Source: Pseudomonadota bacterium (GTDB lineage: Bacteria; Bdellovibrionota_C; UBA2361; OMII01). Taken from it: a stretch of 64,000 nucleotides of DNA. The notes beneath the pieces were generated by a model, which saw only the letters and a list, made by a program, of their open reading frames with translations, was not told the DNA's origin and searched no databases. Positions 55,334 through 63,410 of the stretch are shown one piece after another; the stretch's first letter is position 1, and every line of letters begins with the position of its first letter. The position numbers were made by a program, and so were the translations under genes. The DNA lies in NCBI GenBank assembly GCA_041178185.1, contig JBEGVS010000064.1, positions 64,693 to 128,692 of the forward strand. The letters are read 5' to 3'.

Positions 55334-56140
55334 ATGCTTCAGCCAACGAATACAAACATTTTCTCTGAATTTAGTCATTTTGGAGACTCCCTGATATCAC
55401 AGACTCACGAGCTAGTGCTTTCGCTGTGGAATCAGAGCTCTATTCACTCTGAGCTGAAGGAGGATCAGACCCCGGTGAGCGAAGTTGATCTTCGCTGCGA
55501 GGAGCTGGTTCGACAGCGAGTAAGACAAGCATTCCCCTCTCATGGAATCGTAGGTGAGGAGTTCGGATGGGAGAACAGAGGAGCTGAATTTACATGGACT
55601 ATTGATCCCATCGACGGCACTCAGAACCTGATTAATCGGATTCCAACCTTTGGGACCATCCTTGGGCTCCTTCATAAAGGTCAGCCGATCATGGGGTGGA
55701 TTGATCATCCTGTCTTGGGGGACTCCCTTCGCGGTGGAGTTGGAGTGGGCACCTTTTTCAACGGCACCAAGGTAACCTTAAATGATATACCAGAGTCAGG
55801 GATGACTCCTAACGATATAATTGCGACGAATTGCCCCGCGACATTTGCCAGAGGGGATCACCTGTCAGTTCTCGACGCTATTCTCAGGTTTCACCCCCAT
55901 TCCAGGATATACTACGACGTCTACTCTCACTCTCTCGCGATACGGGGTAGTCTCGCTGTAATGGTCGAATACAATCTTAAAATTTGGGATTTGTCGGCAA
56001 CAAAAGCGCTTATTCTGGGAGCGGGGGGCGCATTTCAAGAGCTTGGTAGCGAAGAGCTGACTGACGGGACAACCCTGTTTCACGCGGCATTTGGCAAGAA
56101 GCGCGCTGTGAATCTCATGGCAAAAGCATTATCAGAGTAG
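55334..56140 (+). CDS. inositol monophosphatase / CysQ family phosphatase
   Basis: WTIDPIDGT metal-binding motif. The ATG at 55334 is preceded by GGAGGTG, and the track's upstream extension lacks a ribosome-binding site. GC is visibly lower than in the upstream core genes. Confidence 0.75.
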   Translation: MLQPTNTNIFSEFSHFGDSLISQTHELVLSLWNQSSIHSELKEDQTPVSEVDLRCEELVRQRVRQAFPSHGIVGEEFGWENRGAEFTWTIDPIDGTQNLINRIPTFGTILGLLHKGQPIMGWIDHPVLGDSLRGGVGVGTFFNGTKVTLNDIPESGMTPNDIIATNCPATFARGDHLSVLDAILRFHPHSRIYYDVYSHSLAIRGSLAVMVEYNLKIWDLSATKALILGAGGAFQELGSEELTDGTTLFHAAFGKKRAVNLMAKALSE

Positions 56141-56198
56141 GCACGCGGCTCCTTTAAAGGGTATGTCAGAGCTGCTTTGCTAATGATACCATCGGACT

Positions 56199-56474
56199 AT
56201 GACTTTGCTCTTCGAATGGGACGCCTCCAAGGCTCGGTCAAATCTCAAAAAACATGGAATCTCTTTTGAAGAGGCCACTACTATTTTCGGTGATCCACGA
56301 GCAATTACCATTCAATCCTCAGTAGTTAGCGGAGAGAAGAGGCTGGTCACAATCGGCCGCTCTGCCGCAGGTCGGTTTGTCATAGTGGTGGTACATACCG
56401 ATAGAAATGATAGAATAAGAATTATAAGTGCTCGGCCCGCCAGCAGGGCGGAGCGGAAGCAATACGAGGGCTGA
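56199..56474 (+). CDS. brnT: BrnT-family (DUF497) type II toxin
   Basis: MTLLFEWDASKARSNLKKHGISFEEA...VVVHTDRNDRIRIISARPASRAERKQY, a close match to the BrnT pattern. Confidence 0.8.
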   Translation: MTLLFEWDASKARSNLKKHGISFEEATTIFGDPRAITIQSSVVSGEKRLVTIGRSAAGRFVIVVVHTDRNDRIRIISARPASRAERKQYEG

Positions 56475-56478
56475 TGAT

Positions 56479-56688
56479 ATGAAGCAGGAATATGACTTCT
56501 CCGAGGGTGTGCGGGGCAAATACTTCAAGCGTTATCAAGCAGGCTCAAACGTGGTGATTCTCGATCCTGAAATTGCCAAGGTGTTTAAAGACTCTGCATC
56601 CGTAAATGACGCTCTCCGCTCTCTTATCCGAGCAGCCGGACATAACAAAACTCTGCTGCGGACGCGCAAGACGCGCCGCAGAGCGTAG
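56479..56688 (+). CDS. brnA: BrnA-like antitoxin
   Basis: MKQEYDFSEGVRGKYFKRY; the gene overlaps and follows brnT; the 3' end lies inside an attC. Confidence 0.65.
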   Translation: MKQEYDFSEGVRGKYFKRYQAGSNVVILDPEIAKVFKDSASVNDALRSLIRAAGHNKTLLRTRKTRRRA

Positions 56689-56696
56689 CGTTACAC
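56641..56696 (+). repeat. attC-like site 1
   Basis: CATAACaaaa / CTCTGCTGCGGACGCG caa GACGCGCCGCAGAGCG / tagc GTTACAC. Confidence 0.65.
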
Positions 56697-56709
56697 AAAT
56701 TACTTACAG

Positions 56710-57033
56710 ATGAATGTTTCGAGGCTGATCAAGAAAAAGACGGGGAAAAGATGCGAGAGTTGTAGGGGAAGCGGCTTTCGCTGGGGGTGGTGGACAGCGA
56801 TCATAACTCTCCCTCTAAGTCTCTTGCTTGATTTAATCGTTCAAGTCCTTCCGATTGCTGTGCTAATCCTTCTCTTGGTCCTCGGATTTTCTTTTATGAC
56901 ACGGGCTTTTGAATGCATCTATTATGCCGTGACGGCCGTTATTGGCCTACCTCTGATTTGGTACGCGTCTAAATTTATTTTTCCGAGGTGTCTAGTTTGT
57001 AATGGTCGTGGACGAGTTGAGCACAATGTGTAA
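56710..57033 (+). CDS. hypothetical cassette protein: N-terminal CxxC, hydrophobic core, C-terminal CxxC
   Basis: CESCRGSG ... two TM-like segments ... CLVCNGRG. Confidence 0.45.
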   Translation: MNVSRLIKKKTGKRCESCRGSGFRWGWWTAIITLPLSLLLDLIVQVLPIAVLILLLVLGFSFMTRAFECIYYAVTAVIGLPLIWYASKFIFPRCLVCNGRGRVEHNV

Positions 57034-57085
57034 CAAGGCATTCGAGCGGGAGCGCCTTAGCGCCCGCTCACTGAAACGTTATGTG
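57028..57085 (+). repeat. attC-like site 2
   Basis: TGTAACAAG gcATTCGAGCGGgagCGCcttaGCGcccGCTCACTGAAac GTTATGT. Confidence 0.75.
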
Positions 57086-57103
57086 CACTAAGGAATTTCA
57101 GGC

Positions 57104-57346
57104 ATGCACGCAGAATTAGATAATTTCGGAACAGGCTGGTACGGGGTAACGCTTGGACTGAAAGAGAATGAAATTGATCACCTCATTGCTGCGCTGAACG
57201 GGTTAAAGAGAGAGAAAACGCACTTCCATTTTCGAAGTGAGTTTAAAGGCGACGGGGGAATTGGCGACGTCGAAATCTATTACCTGAAAGACGAGCAGCT
57301 AGACAATATGGAGCTTGAAGCGAGTGCAACACCTTTGCGGAAGTAG
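57104..57346 (+). CDS. hypothetical cassette protein (80 aa)
   Basis: ORF framed by attC 2 and attC 3. Confidence 0.4.
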   Translation: MHAELDNFGTGWYGVTLGLKENEIDHLIAALNGLKREKTHFHFRSEFKGDGGIGDVEIYYLKDEQLDNMELEASATPLRK

Positions 57347-57431
57347 ACCGGGCGTTACACCACGAGCGGTTCACTTCATCTTTCTCACCTAGGTGGTAAG
57401 AGAGGTCTGTGTATGGTGGCGTATTGTGCAC

Positions 57432-57515
57432 GTAACAACCGCATGGAGTTCGCGTCTGCTGACGCAGCCGCCGGACCTCGCTTACGCTCGGCCGCTCATG
57501 CGGAACGTTATCTCT
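57432..57515 (+). repeat. attC-like site 3 (long, ~84 bp)
   Basis: cGTAACAAcc GCATGgag...ctCATGCgg aac GTTATCT. Confidence 0.6.
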
Positions 57516-57527
57516 TGGAATTCTGTT

Positions 57528-58097
57528 ATGGGAACTAAGCGATTTTTGTTACGTCGGACTACCGCCCTGTGCGCGTTGGCGTTGAGTCTGAGTATGTTCA
57601 CCTATGCTTGTCATCGTGATGAGGTCGACGACGCTGGTGTTTGGCTTGCGAACACTACCAACGTGCCCGTTATTGTGTTCCAAATTCGCGCCGCAGATCA
57701 GCAGAATATCAACGACTATGAGCCTCGAAAGACCAAAAATGGAGAGAATCTATTCGTCAGTAAATCTGTCAGTGTTTCTAACGCGGATATCGGTCGTGTA
57801 CGTGTGATGGGGCATCAATTGGACGGAGTAGCGGAGTTTGAGGTGCAAATAGAGCTTTCCGAAAGTGGAGCGGAACGATTTGCCAACCTCACCGAAGATC
57901 GCATAGGGAAACAGGTCGCTCTTTTGATAGACGGGGTTGTTCAGGTAGCTCCTGTAGTTCGAACAAGAGTATCGAGTCGAACAATAACTCTAGCTGGTTT
58001 TCAGTCGGAAGAAGAAGCCACACGAGTGGCTCTTGGAATGATTGGGATCAGAGATAACATGGAAGCGGAGCGGATCGCCAACGCGCCCGCTCACTGA
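57528..58097 (+). CDS. hypothetical cassette lipoprotein with a SecD periplasmic-head-like segment
   Basis: Lipobox LSLSMFTYAC; KQVALLIDGVVQVAPVVRTRVSSRTITLAGFQSEEEATRVALGM resembles the SecD P1 head. The ATG at 57528 lies just after attC 3. Confidence 0.45.
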   Translation: MGTKRFLLRRTTALCALALSLSMFTYACHRDEVDDAGVWLANTTNVPVIVFQIRAADQQNINDYEPRKTKNGENLFVSKSVSVSNADIGRVRVMGHQLDGVAEFEVQIELSESGAERFANLTEDRIGKQVALLIDGVVQVAPVVRTRVSSRTITLAGFQSEEEATRVALGMIGIRDNMEAERIANAPAH

Positions 58098-58107
58098 AAC
58101 GTTGTGC
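58054..58107 (+). repeat. attC-like site 4 (overlaps the last 13 codons of the preceding ORF)
   Basis: ATAACAT ggaagcGGAGCGGATCGCcaacGCGcccGCTCACTGAAac GTTGTGC. Confidence 0.7.
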
Positions 58108-58178
58108 CCTATAGTGTGGTAGGGCACAGACCTCTATGAAATGCCCCTGTTGAGGGACAAGACCACGGTGCTCCTCGG

Positions 58179-58928
58179 ATGACTAATTACTCAAACATTT
58201 ACAGAGGCGCAGAGTACGCATCCTACAGACCCGAATACCCCGAGGGGTTGTTTCGCTGGTTGTGTTCTCTTCCAGAATCAAAAGAGCATGCGTGGGATTG
58301 TGGTACCGGTAATGGACAGGTTGCTCGCAATCTAGCGGGATTCTTCGAGCGCGTCACAGCTACTGATAGCAACCATGAACAGATTCAGAAGTGCTCTATG
58401 TTGCGAAATATTCGCTATGCGGTTGAACACGCGGAGAAATCATCACTCCCAGACAAAAGTATTGATCTTGTCACGGTTGGGTGTGCGGTACACTGGTTCG
58501 ACACCGAAAAGTTCTACGCCGAGGTCAGCCGTGTACTCAAACCGGGTGGTATGATTGCTGTTTGGTGTTATGAGTATCCGTGGACTGGAAATCACGAAGT
58601 GGATGAAATTCTCCGACATTACAAGGAGGCCATCTTGGGTGATTTTTGGCCTCCGGAGGCTCAGATTTATTTTAATCGTTACCAAAATCTTCAATTTCCC
58701 TTCGAGGGAATACGGGCACAAATCCCCACCTTTGAGATCGATTGTCAGTGGGGGCCGTCCGACGTGCTCAACTTTCTGTCGACCTGGACAGGACCAATCA
58801 GATATAAAAATGAGACCGGGCAGGATCCGAAATTGTGTGTTGAGGAAGATCTGTCAAAGGCATGGAGTGCTGCAGGTCTTACTGTAGGGGTTAAATTGCC
58901 GATCTATATGAAGGTAGGAAAGCTCTAA
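58179..58928 (+). CDS. class I SAM-dependent methyltransferase (Methyltransf_11-like)
   Basis: Motif I DCGTGNGQVARNL and motif II DLVTVGCAVHWF. Confidence 0.8.
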   Translation: MTNYSNIYRGAEYASYRPEYPEGLFRWLCSLPESKEHAWDCGTGNGQVARNLAGFFERVTATDSNHEQIQKCSMLRNIRYAVEHAEKSSLPDKSIDLVTVGCAVHWFDTEKFYAEVSRVLKPGGMIAVWCYEYPWTGNHEVDEILRHYKEAILGDFWPPEAQIYFNRYQNLQFPFEGIRAQIPTFEIDCQWGPSDVLNFLSTWTGPIRYKNETGQDPKLCVEEDLSKAWSAAGLTVGVKLPIYMKVGKL

Positions 58929-59035
58929 ATTTTCTCCATTGTTTAACTAGTTGATGGATCAGCACTAAAGGTGACTGCTTCAGTGTTATGATCGGATAAT
59001 TATCTTGGATTGCACGACCTTGGTTTGGTAAAGTG

Positions 59036-59091
59036 GCACAACAATGTATTCGAGCGGATCGCTAAAGCGGCCGCTCACTGCGACGTTATGC
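59036..59091 (+). repeat. attC-like site 5
   Basis: ACAACAATgtATTCGAGCGGatCGCtaaaGCGgccGCTCACTGcgac GTTATGC. Confidence 0.75.
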
Positions 59092-59098
59092 CGAAGTC

Positions 59099-59728
59099 AT
59101 GATACCCAAGAGAATAATCGTCATCGGTGGCAGCACGGTTCACGGGCAAGGCGACCCCTACAGCGGGGGCTTTGTAGCTCGCCTGCGCAGATGGCACGAG
59201 ACCTCGAGTGTTGAAAACAATCGCGTATTTAACCTTGGTGTCGGTGGCGACGGTGTGTTTGAGATGCTTACTCGAGGCCCGGGAGAATGTCGCGCCCGAC
59301 GGCCTGACCTGATTGTCCTTTACCCCGGCCTCAACGATACGAGAAGAGTTGGCGGACCAGAGGCCCCGCCCCAGCATTCATTTGAAAGTGTTAGAAAGAC
59401 CCTGGGGGCGCTTATTTCTGAGCTAGGCCAAATCTCTCCGCTTGTTGTCTTGAGTGCGGTGCCAGTAGATGAGTCAAGGACCAGCCCATTCTGGGGCAAG
59501 TGGTATTTTCGAATGTCCGATGCAGTGACGATGGCAGAGGTAGTGGCTGAGGTCTGCCGCGTGACTGACACGCCGCATATGCCTTTGTTTGAGACATGGG
59601 CAAGTCGCGCTGACCTTAAAGATCTTCTCGCTGATGGAGTGCACCTGAATTCGGCAGGGCATGAATTGTTGTTTCAGGAGCTTACATCATTTCTTTGCGG
59701 ACTCTTCACGACCAGCCAATCATTATAA
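59099..59728 (+). CDS. SGNH/GDSL-family hydrolase
   Basis: N-terminal block IVIGGSTVHGQGD (GDS(x) variant), LYPGLND, and C-terminal DGVHLN (catalytic DxxH). Confidence 0.75.
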   Translation: MIPKRIIVIGGSTVHGQGDPYSGGFVARLRRWHETSSVENNRVFNLGVGGDGVFEMLTRGPGECRARRPDLIVLYPGLNDTRRVGGPEAPPQHSFESVRKTLGALISELGQISPLVVLSAVPVDESRTSPFWGKWYFRMSDAVTMAEVVAEVCRVTDTPHMPLFETWASRADLKDLLADGVHLNSAGHELLFQELTSFLCGLFTTSQSL

Positions 59729-59766
59729 GTCTTGGCTTATTATAACACAGAGCTTATACTACGCTG

Positions 59767-60099
59767 GTGAAGGTCAGATACTATCAAACCCCAAGTGGGC
59801 GCTCTCCCGTAGAAGACTTCCTGGTACGCTTGCCCGAGGCGATGCGTTCGGAAATCTTCGATGCTCTTGCGCTTTTACAGGCTGGTGTGACACTAGCGAT
59901 GCCCCTCAGTAGAAATCTGTCGGGCATCAGGTTCGGGCTGCACGAGCTTAGATTCAGAGATCGCACCGGTCAGGTACGTGTATTTTATTATTTGAAACGT
60001 GGCGATGCGATATATCTCGTCCATGCGTTCAGGAAGAAGACCCAGCACATCCCTCAAAAAGAGCTTGATATAGTTTTGAAACGAATTAAGGAGATATAG
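59767..60099 (+). CDS. RelE/ParE-superfamily toxin (HigB / Gp49-DUF891-like)
   Basis: 110 aa with a GTG start, immediately followed by an HTH antitoxin gene; KVRYYQTPSGRSPVEDFL...IYLVHAFRKKTQ. Confidence 0.65.
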   Translation: MKVRYYQTPSGRSPVEDFLVRLPEAMRSEIFDALALLQAGVTLAMPLSRNLSGIRFGLHELRFRDRTGQVRVFYYLKRGDAIYLVHAFRKKTQHIPQKELDIVLKRIKEI

Positions 60100-60100
60100 T

Positions 60101-60382
60101 ATGCCTTGGAAAGAAATAACTATCGAGGGTCTCGCCAAGTCTCTGGGAGCTAATGTGTCTGAAGTTCGAGAGAAACAGCGCCTTATAGGGATGATCGTAA
60201 AGATAAGGAAAGCTAAAAGAATGTCTCAGGCTGCCCTTGCTAAAAAGCTAGGCGTAAGCCAGGCGAGAGTCGCACAAATCGAAAGTGGTGTCGGGACATC
60301 GAAGGTTAGCTTTGATGTAATTTTCGGTATTTTGACGACGTTAGGTTATGATTATAGGGTCGTAACCCGTAAGGCGGCATAA
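60101..60382 (+). CDS. XRE-family HTH antitoxin (HigA-like)
   Basis: MSQAALAKKLGVSQARVAQIE helix-turn-helix; 2-nt gap after the toxin gene. Confidence 0.75.
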   Translation: MPWKEITIEGLAKSLGANVSEVREKQRLIGMIVKIRKAKRMSQAALAKKLGVSQARVAQIESGVGTSKVSFDVIFGILTTLGYDYRVVTRKAA

Positions 60383-60432
60383 CAACATCATCCAGCAGAC
60401 CGCTGATGCGGCTGCTGATAGCAACGTTATAC
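60377..60432 (+). repeat. attC-like site 6
   Basis: GCATAAC (supplies the TAA stop) aacatcatccAGCAGaCCGCtgatGCGGcTGCTgatagcaac GTTATAC. Confidence 0.7.
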
Positions 60433-60452
60433 GCAAGAAGATAGCTTGATGC

Positions 60453-60923
60453 ATGGAAATAAAATTTCTTGCCGATCGACCCGATGCGGTTCCCATATTG
60501 GCTCGCTGGTACTTCGAGCAGTGGGGCCACGAGGAGCCGGGCAACTCATTTGAACTTACTTGCGAGCGTCTTAATGGCAAGTTAAATCGAAATTTTGCTC
60601 CGATTCCGATAATAGCGGGCGAGGCAGATGGTACTGTGATTGGTGCTGCCCAGCTCAAGTTACGCGAAATGGACATTTTCCCCGAGAGAGAGCATTGGAT
60701 CGGTGGAGTTTATGTTGATCCATCTGTCAGAGGGCGAGGAGTAGCAGCCGCGCTTGTTGCCAAGCTGATTGAGTTGGCGAAAAATCTCAGCATTAAGGAG
60801 CTCTGGTTACAAACGGAAGCACTGGACGGTGGTCTTTATAAACGCCTGGGGTGGTCAGTTGTTGAGATACTGGATTACAGAGGGCATAGGGTCGCTGTCA
60901 TGGTGAAACAAATTGGCGTATGA
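60453..60923 (+). CDS. GNAT-family N-acetyltransferase
   Basis: Acetyl-CoA-binding motif A, VRGRGVAAALVAKLIELA. Confidence 0.8.
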   Translation: MEIKFLADRPDAVPILARWYFEQWGHEEPGNSFELTCERLNGKLNRNFAPIPIIAGEADGTVIGAAQLKLREMDIFPEREHWIGGVYVDPSVRGRGVAAALVAKLIELAKNLSIKELWLQTEALDGGLYKRLGWSVVEILDYRGHRVAVMVKQIGV

Positions 60924-60973
60924 CAATCGAAGCCAGCAGAGCTTTCTGCACCTGCTGCTCCTAACCGTTATAC
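60921..60973 (+). repeat. attC-like site 7
   Basis: tgACAATcgaAGCCAGCAGagctttctgcaCCTGCTGCTcctaacc GTTATAC. Confidence 0.6.
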
Positions 60974-61148
60974 CCTAGGTTCTATGGGGGTTTAGCCCCT
61001 GGCCCTTCGGAAGAACTGTAGCCACTCTCGAGCAAGTTTGCCCTGGTGATTCGGTAGTTACATCGCTTCGACGGAAGGTTAGCCTCTTGTTCCAGCATCT
61101 TAATTTTTCGTGTTTGAGTATCTCTGCGTAAACCCGTAAGATTAGGGG

Positions 61149-61204
61149 TATAACAAGCCATTCGAGCGGGAGCGCTTTAGCGCCCGCTCACTGAGGCGTT
61201 ATGC
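61149..61204 (+). repeat. attC-like site 8 (closes an ORF-less ~175-bp cassette)
   Basis: gtATAACAAGcCATTCGAGCGGgagCGCtttaGCGcccGCTCACTGAGgc GTTATGC. Confidence 0.75.
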
Positions 61205-61205
61205 G

Positions 61206-61553
61206 ATGAACGATTTTATTTTTGTATTCCTTGATGATGGCACGCTCGATGTTGTTAGCTCTGCTAGCAACATTAACGGAGCCTATGAGGGAATCGATGT
61301 GGAAGAAGGTAGATACGCCTTTTTCAATTCCAAGTTGCATGAGTTGACGCCTAAGTTCACGACAGCGAACAAGAACTCCGGTATTTTTGGGCTCTCGTTG
61401 GTTTCCTCTGGCGCCTACCAGCTGGAAGATTCCGAAGGTGGTAGCAGTGATTTCATGGGGCGACTTAAGCTTGTCTCGAGAGTAAATTCGAATTCATGGT
61501 TTGCGACAATTTCGCAAATCGAGGATTACGCGCGGTCTCTCGGGATCGCATAA
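61206..61553 (+). CDS. hypothetical cassette protein (115 aa)
   Basis: ORF framed by attC 8 and attC 9; the ATG is 2 nt after R'. Confidence 0.45.
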   Translation: MNDFIFVFLDDGTLDVVSSASNINGAYEGIDVEEGRYAFFNSKLHELTPKFTTANKNSGIFGLSLVSSGAYQLEDSEGGSSDFMGRLKLVSRVNSNSWFATISQIEDYARSLGIA

Positions 61554-61603
61554 CAAAACATTCGAGCGGATCGCTAAGGCGCCCGCTCACCGAAACGTTA
61601 TCC
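61548..61603 (+). repeat. attC-like site 9
   Basis: GCATAAC (TAA stop) aaaaCATTCGAGCGGatCGCtaagGCGcccGCTCACCGAAac GTTATCC. Confidence 0.75.
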
Positions 61604-61614
61604 TCCGCACCAAT

Positions 61615-62118
61615 ATGAAAGAAATTACAGTAAGAAAAATGATTGAAGCTGACATTGACGAGATGGCAGAAGTTCATTCAAAGGTGTTCCCGCGCCAATC
61701 ATCTTCACTCGAATGGATTGAATGCAACTTTAAGGCATTTCCTAGAATCCAGTATTTCGTGGTCGAATGTGATAACCGGGTCGTTGGTTTTATCGAATGG
61801 ATCCAGAAAAGTGGATTCCGAAAAGAAGCGGTCCTGGAGCTCGAGCAGATGGGGGTTTTGCCGGACTACCAAGGAAAAGGCTTCGGGCGACTACTGATTG
61901 AAAAATCTCTTCCCTTTGTGAAGCATCAACTTGCATCGAGAGGCGCCACAATAAAGCATGTTGTAGTGACGACGCGCACCGATAATGCCGCGCAAAAACT
62001 GTATGCATCGACTCTAGGGGCAGAGGTGGAAACTACGATTGCTAATCTCTACTCTGCCGATGAAGTGATCATGATTGCCCGTAATGTGGATCGGCAAGGT
62101 GAAATGAGAAGAGGATAA
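61615..62118 (+). CDS. GNAT-family N-acetyltransferase
   Basis: QMGVLPDYQGKGFGRLLIEKSL. The ATG at 61615 is used; the track's longer ORF starts inside the previous cassette. Confidence 0.8.
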   Translation: MKEITVRKMIEADIDEMAEVHSKVFPRQSSSLEWIECNFKAFPRIQYFVVECDNRVVGFIEWIQKSGFRKEAVLELEQMGVLPDYQGKGFGRLLIEKSLPFVKHQLASRGATIKHVVVTTRTDNAAQKLYASTLGAEVETTIANLYSADEVIMIARNVDRQGEMRRG

Positions 62119-62176
62119 CAATCCTGCGCACGATGATTTCGGACTATCGTCCGAAACACGTGGCAAAAACATTATC
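62114..62176 (+). repeat. attC-like site 10 (degenerate R')
   Basis: GATAACAATcctgCGCACGatgaTTTCGGACtatcGTCCGAAAcaCGTGgcaaaaac ATTATCT. Confidence 0.5.
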
Positions 62177-62207
62177 TTACTAATTCAGTTTGTAGACTCG
62201 ATTTACT

Positions 62208-62786
62208 ATGTTCGACGAGAAGCAGCAAAAGCACCTTGAGCGGATCCGGGATGTCGCGGTAAAGGATATAGAGCGAGGCGGAGACAGGAATGGATACACA
62301 AGATGTATTCAAATTCTGGACAAACTGCATGCGCCAGAGAAAGTGAAGGACGAACTCCGTGAAATCGCCTGCTGGGAGCTCGTAAGAGATCTTGTTGATC
62401 CGACGGCTTCTTTTGAAATTCTACGCGGGCATCGGCTTCCTAAGATCCCAAATTATCTGCCGGACGATTTTGGCCATCGCCTTCAATCAGGTACAGCACC
62501 TGAAGTTATGATATCACTTGCAGAGTTGTGCAAGAAGTATGGACTTGCATACGAATATTGGGCTGTTTTAGGCAACTTATACGACCGTAAAGGATTAGTC
62601 GATTTGGCTTGCGAGTATTTTAATCGACAGCATGAATTGACTTTCGACAACCACGACGAATTTTTGGTAGTCTTCGCTAGTTTTTGTGAAAATGTCGCTG
62701 ATAAAGTTCCTAGTGTATCAGACCTTGCGGAGCGTAGATCACGCCTGGCTCAAACTGTGCGGAATATCTCTTTGTCAGATCTGTGA
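62208..62786 (+). CDS. hypothetical cassette protein (192 aa)
   Basis: ORF framed by attC 10 and attC 11. Confidence 0.4.
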   Translation: MFDEKQQKHLERIRDVAVKDIERGGDRNGYTRCIQILDKLHAPEKVKDELREIACWELVRDLVDPTASFEILRGHRLPKIPNYLPDDFGHRLQSGTAPEVMISLAELCKKYGLAYEYWAVLGNLYDRKGLVDLACEYFNRQHELTFDNHDEFLVVFASFCENVADKVPSVSDLAERRSRLAQTVRNISLSDL

Positions 62787-62805
62787 GATGAATGATATGA
62801 ACAGA

Positions 62806-62859
62806 GATAACCAGTAAATTGAACCGACTGCATAGCAGCGGCACATTTTGACGTTATCT
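62806..62859 (+). repeat. attC-like site 11
   Basis: GATAACCagtaaattgaaccgaCTGCatagcaGCGGcacattttgac GTTATCT. Confidence 0.55.
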
Positions 62860-62880
62860 TCCCCTCATCACGGGACAATT

Positions 62881-63354
62881 ATGGCCACAGCATTCAATCC
62901 AAAGGGTATCTTCGAAGTGCACTTAAGTGTCGAAGATCGTCGGCGTTCGACGGAGTTTTACCAGCGAGTGCTTGGTTTTGAGCTAGCCACTCACATTGAT
63001 CGCCGCGACATCACCTTTCTTTGGATGGGCGGTCACGGGTCGGGAATGCTAGGCCTTTGGGGGCCCGAATGTCCTGACTCGCCAATAAGTCGTGGCATAG
63101 GGCACTTTGCGATGCGCCTCTCGAAAGAAGAGGTTATTGAGGCCGTTGATAAACTGCGGCAACTTGGGGTAATTCCGCTAGATTTTGATGGCAAGCCGAC
63201 ACAACAGCCAGTGGTGCTTGCATGGATGCCTGCAGTGTCCATTTATTTTCAAGATCCTGACGGCCACTCACTAGAGTTCATCAGTATGCTCAACGAGCAG
63301 CCGGAAGCGGAACTCGGAGTTTTGAATTGGCAAGATTGGGAGCACAGAAGATAA
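62881..63354 (+). CDS. VOC-family (glyoxalase / bleomycin-resistance / dioxygenase fold) protein
   Basis: FEVHLSVEDRRRSTEFYQRVLGFEL...HFAMRL...DPDGHSLEF. The ATG at 62881 is used. Confidence 0.75.
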   Translation: MATAFNPKGIFEVHLSVEDRRRSTEFYQRVLGFELATHIDRRDITFLWMGGHGSGMLGLWGPECPDSPISRGIGHFAMRLSKEEVIEAVDKLRQLGVIPLDFDGKPTQQPVVLAWMPAVSIYFQDPDGHSLEFISMLNEQPEAELGVLNWQDWEHRR

Positions 63355-63399
63355 CAAGCATCGGCACGGGAGCTACGCCCCGTGCGCAAGACGTTATCT
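63350..63399 (+). repeat. attC-like site 12
   Basis: GATAACAAGcatcGGCACGGGagctacgCCCCGTGCgcaagac GTTATCT. Confidence 0.7.
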
Positions 63400-63410
63400 T
63401 CGTTTCAGGC

